64,000 bases of DNA from Trichoplax adhaerens (Eukaryota; Animalia; Placozoa), in assembly GCF_000150275.1 (NCBI RefSeq), contig NW_002060965.1, positions 310,001-374,000 on the forward strand, read 5' to 3'. Position numbers and translations under genes: made by a program. The notes under the pieces are model-generated. The model did not search any database. It was not told where the DNA came from and was given only the letters and a program-made list of their open reading frames with translations. Positions 39,091-52,784 of the stretch are shown here, in pieces (position 1 is the first letter of the stretch; every line of letters starts with the position of its first letter).

Positions 39091-42017
39091 TTAATCTAGT
39101 GGAAGAAATTGACACTTGGATCTTAGAAGTTCTACAGCTAGTAGCAAATGTTTGATATTATTCATGAATTTCTACTTGTATACTTGCATCAGTTCACCTA
39201 CTTGTTTATCCAGGATGCAATAAAATAGAAGTACAAGAAAATTCAGCAAGCAGTTTAAAGCAACAAAGACAAAACCACTAACAGTGTGATTGTACGAAAT
39301 GAAGTTGCAGAAAAATAACCATGTTAACAGAATAATAATCATCATGGTTGCAATCTCGTACTCTTGGACCCTCAATCTAATTCGTGAATATAATGTAAGA
39401 GCTTAGTAATAATCAATTTAGTAATCAAAATGTTCTTACCAATATCGATAAATATATAATTGCTATATCATAATTTACATACTTTCGAGCTCTATGCTCT
39501 TCAGCATTGAACGCGTGAAATTCTTTGCTATCTTCCCCGTCTTTACAACACCAATCTTTAATTTTTAATTCCTTCAATTCATCCTGAGTACTGTACATCA
39601 AGAATGGAAGAGAAATCTAGGTAATGTCAAGTTAATAATAGGTGATTAATTGTGTTAGCATTTCTGGTTAGTTTCTCAAAAGCAAAATAATACTTACTAC
39701 CACTATAGCTGGCAATGGAATCACAAAATAAAAGTTATTGATGCCATGCAGCCAACACCTGTTATAAATAAATAACAATGTTGCAGTTCTACTTCGTATC
39801 ATTACGAATTTTTATACAGTCATAATATTTTAGACATAATAGAAATGAAACAATTACAACAACTAGATAATTTAACTGACATATTTTGACCAAAAACTTT
39901 TAAAGTTGGGTGATATATCCATGGATCCACCAGCGAGGCAACAGTAATCGGTACGGTAGGAAGCACTGATATTAAGAAGAGGGAAATGATTAACGTCGTA
40001 AAAACGGCATACAATGTACTAATATTCGGGATTCCATTCCATCTAATGTCAGAAATTGATACATCAGCTCGATAGTATTAGTTATTGTCACTTATAAATT
40101 TAAATCTTGTTGAATCGTGATCTTACTCTATCCAAGGTCTAAACTAAATTAAGTCATAAATGACATGCGAGTATAATCATTTCTTTCTACGAGCAATTAC
40201 ATTGAAATTCTTGCCAATACGAATGGATGAATCTTACAAATACTGAATCACATTAAAGTTTAAATTAATTAAGAATCATATCTAGATAACATACTCCATC
40301 CAATAAGGAAGTAGGTAAAGATCCACATTCTGCTATCATTTGCATTCTTGTTCTTTCGGTGACGATATTGGTGAAGGCATTGAACAAACATGCACGTAAA
40401 ACAAGCCAGAATCATATAATGTAGAACTATGCCTTTAGCAATGCACAGTGGCTAATATCGATAGATAAAAAATTAACAAAAACATTAGTTCGACTTCTAT
40501 AATAACAGGAATTAAAATAACATTTAAGAGACCATTCTAACTTGAGGATAACGCAGGGAAATACGAAGATATTCAAATTACTTCCGAATACAGGCAAAAA
40601 TTAAAACTAATAAAACTATTTTTATTGCCAGTAAAGACTAAACTTCAACTTAAATTATAGTTCATTATGCGATATCTTACTTACAGATTTTTCTTTAGCT
40701 GGTAGAAATGGAATAACCACAGCAATCATCACATCGGTGAGAATGACTGCTATAGCTATATTACATCGAACTTTCCATTTCATTGTAAGCGAGACGCTAA
40801 GCATAAAATGTTGTCGTAAAAAAAATTGGTCATTTGGAAGAAATTATGCAGTTGCAAGCAAGCAATACATTCCTAACATGATTTGTATTCATTATTACGA
40901 TTACTTGCAATCGTTAATTATAGCCGATTTCAAAAAATTAAATCGTAAACACACAGTAATAATAGTATTGATTAATTGTTTATGCACGTCAAGGTATGGA
41001 AGATCACAATTGAACTGGTCACTAAGGTAAATGACGTTTAAAATACCCTGATCGTGATGGAGAGATTTGTAAGCATACTTTCATTCTTACAAGAATTTAC
41101 AACATTATGTATGATATCAATATCAATCTAGCTGGAATTAGATTAGATCAACTGTTGCACATAACATAATATCATATTCAGTTTGCTATTACTATTTAGA
41201 CTTACTATAACAAAATTATTAATACGAGTTGAATCTATAAAATATTTCTAAGCTAATTTTAATCGTGCAATTTAAAACTCATAAAATTAAAACTTCATGA
41301 TCAGTGTATGTGTATCAATATAATTATCGACGTTAAATTGCTGCCAGTCTTGTGCTGTTAAAATTATTTATTTCGCGAAGAAGCTAAACTCTCAACAAAA
41401 CCTACTAAGTTACTAAACTATTATAATGAAAATATTAATACCGGTATAATCGTTTAAATATTTCGAAGCTAATTCTAAACGTGTTATTTCAAATCCATAG
41501 AATTAAAAAATCCATGATCAGCGAAGATACGTCAATATTATATCGACCTTAAATTATAGCCAGTCTTATGCTGCTACTGTTAATCAATTCGTGAAGAAAG
41601 CTAAAAGCTCTCAATAAAATCTATAAGTTACCAGTCCTGATAGACTGCTAACTACGACTTGTAATAAATAATACTACCTTAATTAAGCTAAGGTGTTATA
41701 TCATGCAGAACTTCTCTATACAGAAACATAATTGCACAAATCACTTGTTTCTCAAATTAAATGCTTAAAATTAGCGGATTCGTATTATGTAATTACTAGA
41801 TGTAGTGTCATTAAAAAGAAATTATTAAATACCAATTGTTATTTTTTAACTCAAAATTATGGAATGCATTCTTTTACCTCGCTGCTATAACAAAGCCCCA
41901 AGTCAACAAAATAAAAGTAATGGAGATCCAACCCATAGCTATATTAAACCATTGAAATAATAATGGTTTCGAATTATAATTGATATCATACTTCTTCATA
42001 TTAGTTTCATTATTTTC
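39091..42017 (-). CDS. Adhesion/secretin-class (7tm_2-like) GPCR, multi-exon; N-terminal exons uncertain (may extend to ~44270)
   Basis: Spliced exons give TM1 WFNIAMGWISITFILLTWGF, TM2 KVRCNIAIAVILTDV, TM3 LCIAKGIVLHYMILACFTCMFVQCLHQY, TM4 YFLIGWMLPTVPI, ECL2 CWL, TM6 LLTWLF and TM7 LNCLLNFLVLLFYCILDKQV, all class-B/adhesion patterns. Upstream exon-like pieces at 43758-43971 and 44205-44269; the latter is signal-peptide-like but has an in-frame TAA. Confidence 0.75.
41221..41632. repeat. Diverged tandem duplication, two units of ~215 bp (intronic)
   Basis: aaatatttc.aagctaatt, catgatcag, atcgac.ttaaatt, gccagtctt.tgctg and aagctaaa..ctctcaa recur at ~217-bp spacing. Confidence 0.75.
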
Positions 42018-42397
42018 CTAAATTGAAGACATAAACCAATGGGCAAGTTATTAACTTTATTCTGAGTAAATAATAATTAAAAAGAATGATATTTTAGAAA
42101 TATTAAAGCTCGATCCTGTGAGCTTACCTTGACTTTATGACCTATATTTTAAAATAAAAAATGGTATCGCATTGTTAAACATTTACTTTTACGGACTTAA
42201 ACGCCTATAATTCTATTCTTTATACCTGTATTCTATTTAGTAAATTGGCAAAGTAGATGCAAAGTAAATCAAGACATATTTATTCCCTATTTGAATGTTT
42301 AATGATTTTGGACATTGTTCAATTTCATTCAATCTGATATAATAATTTATTGAGTTATATCCAAGCGTTTGATACTTTAGTACGTTCCAAAGGTAGG

Positions 42398-42565
42398 TAT
42401 GGAACCCTATCGGTTCTGAAGCTATAATATTATAGATTATTTGAAAGAAAGATAATACGATACTTTTGCAACTTCTAAATTTAGTTATGGTATCCTATCG
42501 GTACTAAAACTATAACATCATAGGTCATTTGAAAGAAAAAAGATACTAATTTTTTAATTCTTAGT
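42398..42565. repeat. Tandem repeat, two units of ~88 bp
   Basis: tatgg.a.cctatcggt.ct.aa.ctataa.at.atag...atttgaaagaaa at ~42398 and ~42486. Confidence 0.7.
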
Positions 42566-45500
42566 TTATTAGTGTAAAACACAGTTATCCAGTAGTACAA
42601 CTAAAATATAATTTCTTTAGAAAGCATGACTCGGTGATTATTGGCATCATTTCTGCGCCTACTAACGTACTCATACGTGAGTCTGCATCATTTTAAAGAT
42701 TTCTTGGCTAATTCAATTTTATTAGCGTGCAATTTGCCTTATTTAATTTACTATCCACGAAGTAAGTTAATTCCAATCTTCTGATTTATATTAACCGTCG
42801 ATTTCACATTGCGACATTATTCAAAAAGCATTAATTGCATTCCAAAAGTAAAACAACTATACTTGAAGTGAAGCAAAACATATTTTTAAAAGTTAGCCTT
42901 AATGAAGTAGTACAATACCGTATGAAGTTCGCCAGCACTGCTTAAGGGTTGATGCCTGCTCGTAGGTTTGACAGCAGATAATGTTATTTCCTATAAATTC
43001 TTTCAACACTTCCATTGCAGGTCTTATTGTTTGGGGCTAGAACAAAAAATATAAACATGTTGCATTTGCATATTATTCTATCCTACTCATGGTGATATTT
43101 ATTAACTAATTTAGATATATTCTTATAGTCATTTTAATCTCTCGTGATTTATACCTAATTAAATAATATATATAAGTTGTTAGCATAAATATAATCTTAA
43201 GAATATTCAGATTAAAATACAACCCATTCAATTATTAATACCTTTCGCTAATAATCCCACAACTTTTTACAGTAGAAAGTACTGATGACTATATTTCATC
43301 TAGAGCCTTGGTCTTACCTTACTACCGCAAGACGTTACGTTGGCGACTTTATAAGCAGCTTGATACAAACACTGTTAATCCAAAATGGATCAAATTAGGT
43401 GACTGATAAAATTATAGATCTGATACCGATTTAAGTTATAACTTTTACCTATCAATATAAACTATTATTAACCATATTAAACCTATTTTATTACAAAAAA
43501 CACAAACGCTACGTAAAATAATTTTGAACATTCATATCACAGGAAATGTAGCCGATAGATTCTTAGTAAACCGCCGATAAAATAGAGCAAAAGCCAATGT
43601 TTTGCGATATAAACTTGATTAAACATAAGCTAAATATTTATAATCTGGACTAAGAAAATCCTACTAAAGCTGCAATTTTTGATTAAAATACTTTGGAATT
43701 TTTTAAGGCTTGAAAAATATTTACGATCAAAAATGCTTTTAAATATATCGGCAAACCTGAGCTATCCAATGCCCATCATGTTCTAATTCTTGGAAAGTGG
43801 AAATAAAAACTTCATACAAACTCTCAATAATTCCAAGGACATCACTAACATAAACTGCTACTTTATGAGAAGATTCGAAAGCTTCCTGATAAAATTGACT
43901 CATCAAAATTTCATCGATATCCATAGAAGCCAGCAGTAAGTCGTATTCATCAAAGAAGCGAGAAAAATTCTGTAAAGAAAGACAACAAATCACAATAACT
44001 AAAGGCGATATTGGCTGTTGATAATAGTAGATCGCTATTGATGTAAAAAGAAAAAACTAGGCATTAGATCAGTAGCCCAAGCTTAAGCTAAGTAGGATGA
44101 TTAAATTGTGTATGAAATTTCAGAACGTTGAAACAAAGTGATTAATATGCTAATACTCAAAGTATTATTTGTTAAAAGTGACCATAACCGCACAAGAAAC
44201 TTACTCGACTCCAAGCAAGAAAAATAGTAGCAGTAAAAGTTAGCTATCACCGTTATTCAACTTTGACATTCGGTATTTTATGTCAATAGATGAATAAATG
44301 AATACGAAATAAAAAATTAAGTTGCTAGAAAGATAATAATAACATTCGTATTGATTTCTTCCCAAAGCTTTAGTGTATTTACATACAGGTTTACTTTAGT
44401 ATCTTAAATCGTTTTATAATTAATGTAATATGTTAAATAGAAAATAATCTATTATAAAATAGATGCTTTAAAATTTTCTGCTAAATTTTAGCCCTGCACC
44501 TATTCCCGAGTCATGAAAGCGAATGAAGTGGCTGTAAATTACTTTTATTATCCGCAAAATGACTTTCTTAGCTTAAAGAAGCTACTATATTTCAAGGCAT
44601 TATAAAAACTGCAACCCAAAATCTACGTCTCAACTCATAAAGAAAAACCTAAGTTTTATTACTAGTTGGCTTGTTTAAGTGTCGTATCATCTAAAGGATA
44701 ATAGGCTTTACGCTTCTTTAATGCATACTAACAGCAAGATTCTTGCTGAAATACATTAAATCACATATGGATAGGATAGTTAACAAACTGAAACATGGTA
44801 ATATCACAGTTCTTTGCTCCTGTACACTCTTACAAGTATATTTGAGAGCTAATTTGAAGTATTTAGATATCGTTTGAAAATATCTTGAGAATTACTTTAC
44901 CAATAATATTACTCGTTATATTGCTTCAATATATTACAAGCTTAAAATGAAACTTTCTGTCGCAACTATAAATGCATAGTTACAAGAAATATATAGCAAT
45001 AAAGTGTAAGGCTAGCAAAACTGTTGGCATAATTAATTTATGAAGCAGCTCATGACTATCTAATAATCCCAAAATAAGCTTTCTAATCTCCATGGCCATC
45101 GGTCTTTTTCACTAATGGCGACCAATAAATTTTAAATCAGACCATGAAGCTATATGAAATAGAAGTACTATTTATTATTTAATTACGATTGCCAATACAT
45201 GACCAATTAAATTTTGATTTTCCCTATTGTTAAATATGGATACCTCTCATACATGATGGCTATAGCGATAAATATTTGTCAAATTTAAAGACGAAAATAT
45301 GTACGAGTATTTGTTAAATCCCTTGTTAAGGACATTCTTTATTTTAATAAAAACAAAATCAAGGCCTATTGTAAATATATAATAGAAATTTTAGACGGTA
45401 GAATTATACCAGAAATGAAAAATTAATAGGCTTCTAAATAGTTTTAAAATGAGATCCCCATTCGTCTTTTCATAGAACAAATAAAACCCACAAAATCTAA

Positions 45501-46529
45501 TTTTGACATCACTTTGATACCAAAGGCTTTTAATTTGTCAAGTGACAATCAAACAGAAAGTATCCGGAATAATTTTAAAAGACGATGATTTATGTCACTC
45601 TATTTCTGGATACTGATGACTTTTGAATCAGACAGCAGATGTTACCAGGATAATAGACTTATATTTAATCTAATTAATTTTTTACTTATATGTTGCAATA
45701 AATAAATATTAAAATATATTACCACGATTACAGGCAGGCCGTCAAAGTTTATTTAAATGAATCTTTTCGATTAATCAACACAATTACGATAGCTATTTAT
45801 GGATATCTTTCCCAGAATATACTATTTCACTCTGAATAAGTTAGATCATTCGAAACTATTTTAATAAGACAAATAAACATTTCATCATATATTTATTGCT
45901 GAGAAAAAATGTGTAAGAGTTAAAATCACCTCACGTAGGGTGAATTTTCCCATTTCTATTGAAAAGATCTAATTTGGCTGCAGAGATCTGAAGTCTTTCA
46001 AATACAATCAGAGGCGTATCACTTAATTCATAAAATATTGCCTCCATCTTAACAAATTTATTAAATATTATATCTTTCGAATTTAAATAACTTTCTATAT
46101 TCTAGCAGTTTAGCTATCAAATCTTTCGTGCTTGAAATCTCGAAATCGCTCTCGATGTATTCTATACCACATGCACATAATTATCAAAAGCAGGGCATTT
46201 TATTCGAAAGCAGCTGTTACAAAAATTAGGCATAGAAAGTATAAGTATTCAGTAGCAATTCAAACCATTATTTAGACAAAAAATTACCGAAAATTAAATT
46301 TAAAACGAAAGAAGGTGAAAATGACTGTTCTCAGATATTTAGATCATTGTATGGTATTCCCAAGTATAAGTACTGGTAAATTATTAGCTAGACTAGTAAG
46401 ATGTGGCATGAAAGCATGAGACTATTTATTCAATACATGCAGGCCACTGTAAAACAAGTTATCCCATTATCTGACCGTTATGGTACTAAATTCAAGTACA
46501 AAAACTTCCAAATACCAAGCTTTACTTTC

Positions 46530-46975
46530 ATATAAAGCCTATCTATCTAAATTTTCTAATTACTAAAATTTAACAGGCCACTTAATATCGATATAAGTCT
46601 ACAGTAAATATTAGCACTCAGTTAAAAATAGTATGTCGTTAAAATGCGACAAGAATATTACAAAATCTTATTTTTTAACCTACAAACGAACCCTATCTAC
46701 GTAAATTTTTCTAATTATTAACTTTTAATCGACATTAAATACCAGCATAAGTCTATCGTCGATATTAGTGCGCACTTAGGTGCATATAGTTAAGATAAAA
46801 CAAGTACAGTATTAAGTCTTAATTTTCAAACTTCATATGTAGCCTAGCTATCTAAATTTTCTAATTATTACACTTAATATAACACTAAATAACGACATAA
46901 GTTTATAGGTCAATATTAGCACTCAGTTAAGGGTAGGATATTATTAAAATCTTAATTTATAAATCTATTCAAATT
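46530..46975. repeat. Satellite-like tandem repeat, three units of ~152 bp
   Basis: cta.cta..taaatttt(t)ctaatta, ataagt.ta and atattag.....ca.tta recur at ~46538, ~46691 and ~46843. Confidence 0.75.
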
Positions 46976-49900
46976 AACTAGCATGAGGTAATTGATGGAC
47001 GTGTAATGATTAAATCAAGACCTATAATCCAACTAAGTTGCATGATAAATTTATTTGGAGACTAAAATACCCGCTTTGAGTAATAGCTGATCGCAGGAGA
47101 TTTATCGGCTGATGGTTGAATAAAACTGTAATATAAGGTATATAAGATTTGCATATTATACACTAAACCATTTACAGTACGGTGCTTTTAAAAATTCTTG
47201 CATTAAGAAACTGATTTCTTAATTTTATGCTATTTATCCAAAGTTCAAGAAGCGTGTCATCTAGCAATAAAACTAAAATGAGGGTCAAATCATATATACC
47301 AGTTAAATATACCAAAATTTTAAAATATGATCATTTCTGTCACGCGGTTACCAGCAATTCTGATGTACTTTTCTTAGCGTATGATTTATTCATCTCTTTG
47401 TTAATAAAGCACATTCCTACTGTGAAACAGGCTATCTACCCGTAAGTTAGTTAACTAGAGGTATTTAATAATGCTAATATCTATCAAATTGGAATTAAAA
47501 TGTGGTCTTTAAGTTATTTTACCACTATTACTAAAACCTTCTCCTACAGATAGGCTCCATATAACTCATCACTTACAGCAATTCTAGCTTCAATCTGAGT
47601 AACTTCTGGACTGCGGCAGTGACAAAGATCAACATCAGAATTATTTAACCAACGCCTGATAAGACTCTGATTTGGTTGACAAGGCTGCTTGGATAAGCCA
47701 CATACTATTCAAAGCGGACAAAGCTATCATCACAATTTAATCCTATCCATTTTATATTTTAAAGTATAAAATATGCAATTTGGTAGAAGACTGTTACAAG
47801 TCAATCTGTTCTAAATTTATGAAGCTTTCATTTTACTATCTGCTTTAACCGATTACTATTTCATTTCCGATTATTTTTCCAGGTACACCTATTATAAAAA
47901 ATTTGCTATTTGAAAGAAATACAGAAAGTTCTTACCCGACACAAATACGCAACAGATACTCAACAGTATCCACCAGTCTATCTTCAAACTCTTAGCCATT
48001 TTAATCCTTTTTCGGAAAGAGCGGTGGAAAATAATTAGACTTGCAGGCTAATTTGAAGTAATATATTGCTTAGTTATACTAATTAAGGCAAAGAAGGAAT
48101 ACTTTTCTACGCTGGAATGAAGTATCTCAATGTGACAAAATGGGCAATCTAAAGAATCTGCATCCTATATATATATATATATATATTTATGTTCTAATTA
48201 GAGAATAATATAACGGAATTAGATCGCTTAATCTAATTAAAGCCAAAATAGAAAAGCTAGTTAGAATAAAGCGAAATAAACGTACGCATAGCTACAGTAT
48301 TCAATATGTTGAATGCAAATCAAAGCTTTGTTATTGCTATTCTTATTATTTGGCACGATGATTGCTTTAAGATGAAGGCAAAATTTTTTGATTAATAGTT
48401 TCAGTGAATATTCATAGCCGCGATTTATAGAGCCGATTAATTGAAGAGTATTGTATGAAATATTAAAATATAGATCCAATTCATTCTCTAAATGATGGAA
48501 AACCAAAATATCTTTCATATAAGCGATTTATTCTTAATTACTAATTCATTTCCTATCAAACAATTTTTACGAATGAAAATTCCTGTTTTTGTATTGCTTA
48601 CTACTTAATCTGCTAATTAAATTTACGATAAAAAATATATTAAATTATTAAACTCGTAATAAAAGCATATGTGCGTAGTGTAATAATTGTGACTATTTCG
48701 TTAGTTTAGACTTTGCTCTTAAGCTCCTGCTATTTGATTTAGTTTCTGCAGTTTCAGATTAATCTCAGTCTTCTAAATCCTAAACTGTTATATAATTAAA
48801 GCAATAATTTATATCGTAATGTTCTCAATATTTAAGCTACATTCTTTATTATAATCTATCGTAATCAACTCAATGAATAAAGTATACGGTAAATCATTGT
48901 ATCGCACATGATTAAGCTAATTGTTTGGGGTATATTTCATTCGAATCTCTAGCTGAAATACTTTGACAGCTAGCCCAACTCAGTTATTATTGAATACTCT
49001 GAGCTGCAAGACAATATTTGCTTTATTTTATTTCAGAATAAGTTAATATATTTGATTAAGCTATTACTACAAAGGTATCAAATTTCGCTATATGTGTTCT
49101 AATTGTTTACCTCCTCATAAAATGTGAAAAGAAGAGCAATTTTCCATAAAATCTTATGATCGAAACTATTGTGCGAAGCCTTGTAATCCTGCCTCACTGC
49201 AACAGTAAATCGTAACAGAATGATAGATGCAAATTAAATCAGCAGATCAATTTTTAAGTGACCGAAAAGCAAGTAATAAAAAATTCTATGATTTAATTCT
49301 CATGTTAACGACTAATAACAAATCAAGAATGTAACCGTCTCTGCCGGATTTTAATTAATAATCAATAAATAGCTAGAATAGAACTATTATCTGAAATAGT
49401 TGCTGCATTTTACCTCAACGACTGTTGGCGAGCCAATATATAAATTTCGACCCTTTATGAGACTGGATAGCATTGTTGCAATTACATATTATTATGACTT
49501 AATCTTGTCTATTAATAAAGGTTAATCGACTTTACAATTGATATAGGTACTGTAATTAGCCTATTATCCATTTTAAATTAAAGCTGAATCAAAAAAATTA
49601 GCCGCTACTTTTAATTATACGTAAGAAGTGTAAATAACATGAAACTTTAAATAGATTATTTCATCAAAAATGACATGCAAAGATCGACTAAAATTATGGA
49701 CTAGCGAAATGTTTTCGTTTAAGAATTTTGAAATAACTTGAATCATTTTCTTGCTACCACAGCAATTACACTAAAAATACCTTACATAAATTCTTTTAAC
49801 CTTTAACAAATCTAATAATTTATCAAATAGAACAAAGATGAATTTAATCAGCCCAATGGTTCAATAATTAGATAGCATAATATTTATCAATACACAGTAA

Positions 49901-51196
49901 AAGGTTTATAATGGAGCCTATACTTATTGTCAAGTTAGAAAAATCATGTCGAATAAATGGGTATTAATTAGTAGATAAGTAATAAAAGCAATATTATTGT
50001 CAACTAATTGATTGCTATTTTAATTAAGTTCACGTAGTTCATAATAGTACGAACATATAGCTTAGGAAAAGTTGTAGAATACACCATTAATAGTTTCTAA
50101 AAGTAATTTGTACGATGATAATAATTATTTAATTTCTAAATTTGAACGTATTTTATTTAAAGTAATAAATTTTATAGCACTCAAATAAACCTTGATCGCT
50201 AGCACCGAGTCCTACGTAAAATCATTAACTTTAGATCAAGTTTTATAAATAGAAAGGCTACAGAATAGGAATGTTAAAATTATATTCGCATAACTAATTA
50301 TAATGTTCATCCGTAAAAATGGTCTACAGTAATTTTAAATAATTTCTCTAATATTCTTCTCGCGAATCACTGCCTGCGATAGTACGGCCATAAGACAGGC
50401 TACTCTGCCTCATGTTGCATAGAGACTTTAATTCTGGTGGAATGGTTGTGATATATACCAATCACGAGATTCCAAATTTTAGAAAAATAAGGGCTTTATT
50501 CAATCTTATACAAAGATTAACTACATACAGCTCTACTCTAGCCGAATACTACTACTAAAGACAATAATCTAAAGTTGCATGCTTTTATACTTTCCGTAGC
50601 ATTCGCAGCTACAATCCGCGTGGCAACCTTTTACCTTATTTTACACATAGTTAAATTATTCTTAGTAAGACTATTCTACTGCGGACCATCATTAATCCAA
50701 TATGGATACGACTACAGTACTTACGTAGACATTATTCACACCAGCCAAAGTACAATGAATTAACCATATCCTAATATATGATTTACAGTTCTATTTTTAA
50801 CTGTAGCCTTATTAGTAATTCAACACCTTACTGTATATAGTCATCTGTACTCTAGCATAGAGTCTATATCACTACAGTCTATAGTTATAGCTACTAAATA
50901 TCTCTTAGGATAAATATCTACCGTATATTATACTAAACATGGCTAACAGTCTACAATCACAATACTAGTTACATTACAATGGTATTATGGTGCAAGTGGT
51001 AACATAGAAATTACTTGTACTCCTTTTGGCTGTACTTGTTACTGATATCATATTCAGTCTGTAGCAATTATCAATGTAGCATACCCATTTAATAATGAAA
51101 TATTCGTAACTACATCGGAAATGAAATTTTGCATTTGTAATATTGCAAAATGATTTAAAATCTAGCTCTACATAGATATATATATATATGTTTATG

Positions 51197-51735
51197 TGCC
51201 ACAATCACCCTTGCGACACAAGAAAAGAACTCAGTACTTATAATAAACTTTACGTTAATCCGTAAAACTACTTCTTCAGCCTATGGTATAGTAACTGGAA
51301 TCCTTGCGAAGTACTAACTCGCTCAGCACGCTATACGATATAAAACTATCACACAACTTAGCCTTAACCTGAAAATCACTTTTTATTGATCACAGTCCTT
51401 CTTATATACTCTTTCAGTAGTTATAAACATACTTACTATGCTACCAACATATTTCAATAACAAACATGTTATTATTACGATTAAATTATCAAATACGGAC
51501 ATTCGAGGCAATAAACAATTTCATACGTAAATCTACTTCGGCTGTAAGTCCTGTCAAGCTCCTATGTTCTCGATACTTACTTATAACATATTACAGTATC
51601 ATCATTATATCATAATAACTTAGGGTATCACTAACAACAATTCCTAAAGTAGTAGTTCATACTTCTTAAAAGTTGAAAACAAAATGTTATCATAAATTGC
51701 ACATCCATATTTAAGTTGTTTTGATGACTGTGACA
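51197..51735. mobile_element. Solo LTR, 539 bp
   Basis: TGCCAC...GTGACA termini; 5-bp TSD TTATG at 51192-51196 and 51736-51740. Confidence 0.7.
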
Positions 51736-52784
51736 TTATGAAATAGAATTTTTAAGGGCGAAATACCGGTATTATTGGATTTCTGACCCATGTACAATTG
51801 AGCATCTCACATTTATGTATGATATAGCTAAAGTGTCACATAAATAGCGCTTATTACGATAATTTGAGAAGATATGATAGTTCTGTTAACAGCAAATGAG
51901 GTAATGTAAGTACCTTATAAACACTGATACATTATAAATGAGGATTACCATAATATTCTAATCTTAAATACGATAAAACCACTGAATACAGTAAAAATAT
52001 AAAATAACGGTTGTCTTAGTTATGGACTTGAAAAAACAATTTGAAATCAATATACATTAATACTATATCACAGAAATCCTGCTACCTTACGTTAGATTAA
52101 TGAGCGATAGATAAAAAATTAACATCAAGAAAAGAAGCTTATAAGCATGCAATATTTATTGGCTATAATATCATTTGTGTACTACAATCAGTCAACCATT
52201 ACACTTGTATTATTATACAGTTAGGATAAATAATTTTAAATAAATAGAATCTATTTTGATTTTGAATAGCCCTATATTTTTCTTAATTATCACTAAAATC
52301 TTTGATGACGTAAGCTCCAAATGACTAAGTGAATTTAGACAATTTCCTAATACTATCTGGTAAAATGAGTCAGTAAAGCTTTTCTAACGTACGGATCTCT
52401 ATTAGTATTTCGTATTACTCAAATTTTTAATTCTTAAGATAGAAATTTTAATAATAAATTATTGTTAATACAGTAAACTCGGTCGCAAAATTAAATTTAA
52501 ATCCGCGCTATTCTAACAGATTTTTATTGTAATATAGTAATCTAATGGTTTGAATACTTAGCGAGGAATGTCATAGTTCTTGCTCGGATCTATAATAACT
52601 TGATTAAACTAAATGTTGGTTTCCTCTGTACGCTTGGCACGATTCCATTTTTTATCTAAACTACTTCGGATCTAACATTAAAATAAAAAATGGACTCAAA
52701 TTATTATTAATAAACGTTTGGACTCACTGCACAGCTTGAATACTATGATTGGTTACTAAAACAGTAGGCTCATGAGTGACTTAC

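Noticed and set aside
50304-51004. Possible additional solo LTR (TGTTCA...GTAACA)
   Set aside because: Flanks TATAA/TAGAA are only an imperfect TSD and there is no second copy in the window. LTR-like tracts at ~26180-27190 and ~32100-32700 also lack definable ends.
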